A stretch of 64,000 nucleotides of DNA from positions 38,812,001-38,876,000 of the forward strand of contig JANJGN010000026.1 of the NCBI GenBank assembly GCA_026770705.1, read 5' to 3'. This DNA comes from Isurus oxyrinchus. Taxonomy: Eukaryota. The notes beneath the pieces are model-generated. The model made no database searches. It saw only the letters and a list, made by a program, of their open reading frames with translations, and was not told the DNA's origin. Position 1 is the stretch's first letter. Every line of letters starts with the position of its first letter. Positions 60,158 through 64,000 of the stretch are shown here, in pieces. Position numbers and translations under genes: made by a program.

Positions 60158-62886
60158 TGTAGTAATTATAGTTCTGATAAATATAGGATTGTACCTTTAA
60201 CCACAGAGGAGGGAAAAGAGGAGAGTGATTCTCCTGAGTATTTATGGGGGCAAATCCTACAGTTTAATTCGAAGCTTGACGACCCCCAGTGCCCCTGACT
60301 TGAAGACCCTCAGTAAATTAGTAACAATAAGGAACATTTTCAACCCAAACCCTCAGTCACAATGCAGAGGTTCAGGTTCAATTCACTGAATACAGCCCCG
60401 AGAGAAACCATTGCTACCCATGTGGCGAAAGTAAAACAACTAATGGAATATTGTGATTTTGGTGAAAGCCTGAAGGATATGCTCAGAGATCATTTTTGTC
60501 TCTGGCGTGCAAGAGGATGCTATTCAGTGAAGATTGCTGACTGAAGTGGACCTTGATTTTAAGAAAGCATTAGAAATAATGCTTGCGATGGAAAGTGCTG
60601 GAAGGGATTCACGAGCGATTCAAGGTGCACAAAATGGCGCCATTTTCCTAGTTGGGCAGAAATGGTCAACTGAAAGGAGCACGAAAATCCAGGACTCCGC
60701 CGTGAAGCGGGAAACAGCCCCCAATAACCGAAAACTGAGGAACCAGTTTATTAGCAAATTTGAAAACTAATTTTATCGACGTGGAAACGATCACACTCCT
60801 AATGATTGGCAATTTTAAAAAGTGGAATGTTATTTTTGTTGCAAAAGAGGACACATATTGAAACATTGCAAAGCGACATTAAAACAGGCTTCTGGGCAAC
60901 AAACAAAGCCCAATGAAGTATATAGTGAGGAAGAGCCAGAAACAACCAATTCTGATATTTAATCCTTATTCAACATGAGAGTTGGGAAGGCAGAGCCAGT
61001 CACTGTCACTTTACAGATAAATGGGAAATTCTTAATAATGGAAGTAGACATTGGTGCTTCTATCACTGTAGTAGGAGAACACACTTTCAAATATTTAAAT
61101 AAAGGTGCTCAACAATTAAATTTGGAACAAACGGCTACCAAGTTGAAAACATACACAGGCGAAGAAATCCAGGTAAAATATATCACCAGAGCACCTGCTT
61201 ATTATAGACACCAAACAGCACAACTACCAGTGATGGTATTAGAAGGTAGAGGACCAAGCCTTCTAAGTCGAAACTGGTTGAGGGAAACTAACCTTGATTG
61301 GCCAGTGAGATTTCAAAAGGAAGCAGGAAGAGTTCCTGAGTTGAAGAAGGAACAAGTCAAGGCCCTTCAGAAAGAGCCTGGAAAGTCCAAGGACCGCAAT
61401 TGGATGAAAATGGAGTGTGTAGCTATTCAGCAACCTGAAGAAATGAAGACTGTTTTAAACAACGACATGCAAGAACAGCAAAAGAAACCCAAGGCGACTC
61501 TGCTGAATTAGAGCTCAAGTTGAAGCGAATGAGTTTCGCACAAAGAAAAGAAAAACCCTGTTGAAAGACCCTCACACGCTACAAGGATCCCTCAGGTCAA
61601 AATTTGTACCTCTGGAAAATTACAAAGAGAAGCAGGAAGAATTTAATATCACCCTGAACAAACTGAAGAACCAATTGGCACAGAAGATGCAGCAATGTTC
61701 AAGGTTCCAGGAGGAAGCCAACAGATACATGAAAGAGACAGAAGAGCTGAAGAATCAGCTGAATGCAGCTAAAGAAACCTTGAAAGGAAAGATCGTAGAA
61801 CTGTCCAAGATGCAAGTAGATAATGAAGTCATGGGTAATTCAATTAGTGAACTAAGACAAGTTGAGAAACTACCTGAGAGAAGTCTGGCCGACAGTGAAG
61901 TTAAGAGGAAGGCCAAGACTAAACTCTGTGGTAGAAAGCAGAAGACAAAAAGGAGGAAGATCTTGAAAAGACAATAAAAGGCAGGAATGAAAAAGTTAAC
62001 AGGTGAATCATCAGAAACTAAACTTGCTCGTTTCCTATTTCAATACAGAACAATCCCAATTTGGAGGGGAAGGTGGAAAAAAGTCAAGGGAACCAAAAAG
62101 CAACTCCTGATTGGCATAGTCATGAGCAACAATTTACTTGGAGAAACAGTGTGTGTAAGGAATGTCGGTGGAAGACCGAAGTGGCTAGCTGGTAAAGTAA
62201 GCTCTGTGACCGGACCATTGTCATACCACATGGAAGTGGAGGGGCGGATCACCTGTAAGTATGTGGATCATTGAGGAAGAGAGATATCCCAACAAAATTA
62301 TATTCCACCTGTAACCATTGCTGAACCTATGGTTCCTGTTGAAGTTGCTCAGCCAAGGACAGACGTGCTCTGTCTCTGTTGGAGTGGAAGACACTGAACT
62401 GCCTGTATCTGTTGTTAATGCAGTTCCAGAGCATGTGGTTCCTGCAAAATAATCGGAAGTCAGGAGCTGCGACATTCCACAGGGCTCGGGAAACCATCTT
62501 AAAGACTGAACTTGTAATTTGATGACCTGTGTAAATATTGTGATGTAATGAGATAAATCTCCTCTAAGATACAAAAGGTACAGAAAAGTTTACGGGTGGA
62601 GTGGGAAGTGTGTGTGTGTGTGTGTGGGCGGGGGGGGGGGGTGGTTTGGGTGGGGGCTGCAGTAATTATAGTTCTGATAAACGTAGGACTGTAGCTTTAA
62701 GAGTATGCCTGTGTTGTAAAATCACATGAACTGTATAAACCAATGAATTAGAAGCACGGGGACCCTCGATGAGAGAATTCTTCTTTCATTATAGAGTCCT
62801 TTGCACACATGTAACTGCTGCCGTCTTGTAAATAAAGTCCAACGTTTCCACCAAGCAAAGCTGCCTAGAAAATCAACTCTATCACA
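60158..62886 (+). mobile_element. Non-autonomous Ty3/Gypsy LTR retrotransposon
   Basis: Shared LTR start TG(T/C)AGTAATTATAGTTCTGATAAA at 60158 and 62658. G-rich PPT. Gag remnant with CYFC..GH..C knuckle, protease VDIGAS, integrase tail LARFLFQYRTIP and GPLSY. Flanks TTTTC / CTTTC. Confidence 0.85.
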
Positions 62887-62909
62887 CTTTCCTTCCCGAA
62901 AGTACGAGT

Positions 62910-63660
62910 TATATTATCTAAATGGTGAGAGATTGCAGAGCTCTGAGATGCAGAGGGATCTGGGTGTCCTAGTGCTTGAATCACAAAAGGCTAAAATGCA
63001 GGTACATCAAGTAATTAGGAAGGCTAATAGAATGTTATCGTTTATTGCGAGGGGAATTGATTGTAGGGAGGCTATGCTGCAGTTTTACGGGGCACTGGTG
63101 AGACCGTATCAGGAGTACTGTGTACTGTATTGGTCACCTTATTTAAGGAAAGGTCTGAAGGCAGCAGTTCAGAGGATGTTTACCAGGCTAATACCAGGAA
63201 TGCGTGGGTTGTCTTATGAGGAAAGGGTGGACAGGTTAAGCACGTATCCACTGGAATTTAGATGAGTAAGAAGTGACTTGATTGAAACATTTAAGATCCT
63301 GAGGTGCCTTGACAGGGTGGATGTGGAGAGGATGTTTCCTCTTGTGGGAGAATCTAGAACGAGGGGTCGCTGTTTAAAAATAAGGGATCACTCACTTAAG
63401 ACAGAGATTAGGAGATGTTTTTTCTCTCAGAGGGACGTGAGTCTTTGGAGCTCTCTTCCTCAAAAGGCAGTGGATGCAGAGTCTTTGAATATTTCTAAGG
63501 CAGAGCTAGATAGATTCTTGGTTAACAAGGGTTTGAAAGGTGATCGGGGCTAGGCAGGAATGTGGTGTTGAGGTTACAATCAGGTGAGCCATGGTCTTAT
63601 TGAATGGCGGAACAGGCTCAAGGGGCTGAGTGGCATCCTCCTGCTCATATTTCATAATTT
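62910..63660 (+). mobile_element. CR1 LINE 3' fragment
   Basis: QRDLGVLV..LSYEERVDRL. Confidence 0.88.
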
Positions 63661-64000
63661 GCGATGTGTCCATCTGAATTCATACACATCAGGGTCCCAT
63701 GAGAGTACATGACACATCCGTGCCATTGTCAGTGGAATGCCGTCTGGGCTGCACAAAGGCAGCTCTTCTGTTCTTCCCTCTCTTCACCACGCCACCCCCA
63801 ACCCCCGCCCCCCCCCCCACCCCCACCCACCACCTCCCTCCTCAGGCCTTTACGCCCCCCCCCCCACCCATTCTCCCTCCTTCCTCCATTACTTTCCCTG
63901 GGCTCCCTTGTGTTGGAATGAGTGGGGCCAGCGAGACCCAACGGGCAGTGGTAGGCCCTTTCATGACTCTAGGTTGTCCTGATGTGCATTCACAAGGTTC

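Overview
Cartilaginous fish (elasmobranch, probably shark) genomic DNA. The first 22.4 kb hold one complete immunoglobulin mu heavy-chain minicluster on the + strand: leader, VH, D1, a D/J segment, four C-mu exons, secretory tail, TM1 and TM2. It has two anomalies. The segment in the D2 position carries a 12-bp-spacer RSS and runs straight into JH, so it looks like a germline-joined D2-J giving a V23-12D22-12DJ layout. The C-mu3 splice donor reads TT instead of GT. Downstream lie a convergent pair of decaying C2H2 zinc-finger genes with homologous CpG-island promoters and two exons of a disabled dopamine D2-like receptor gene. A non-autonomous Gypsy LTR element follows, whose RT/RNaseH region appears replaced by a captured coiled-coil host fragment (UACA/RAI14-like). 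The rest is dense in CR1, L2 and RTE LINEs, SINEs, Penelope-like fragments carrying minimal hammerhead-ribozyme motifs, and tandem repeats. There is one assembly gap (49056-49284). Repeat boundaries are approximate, and family assignments come from recalled consensus features, not database searches.
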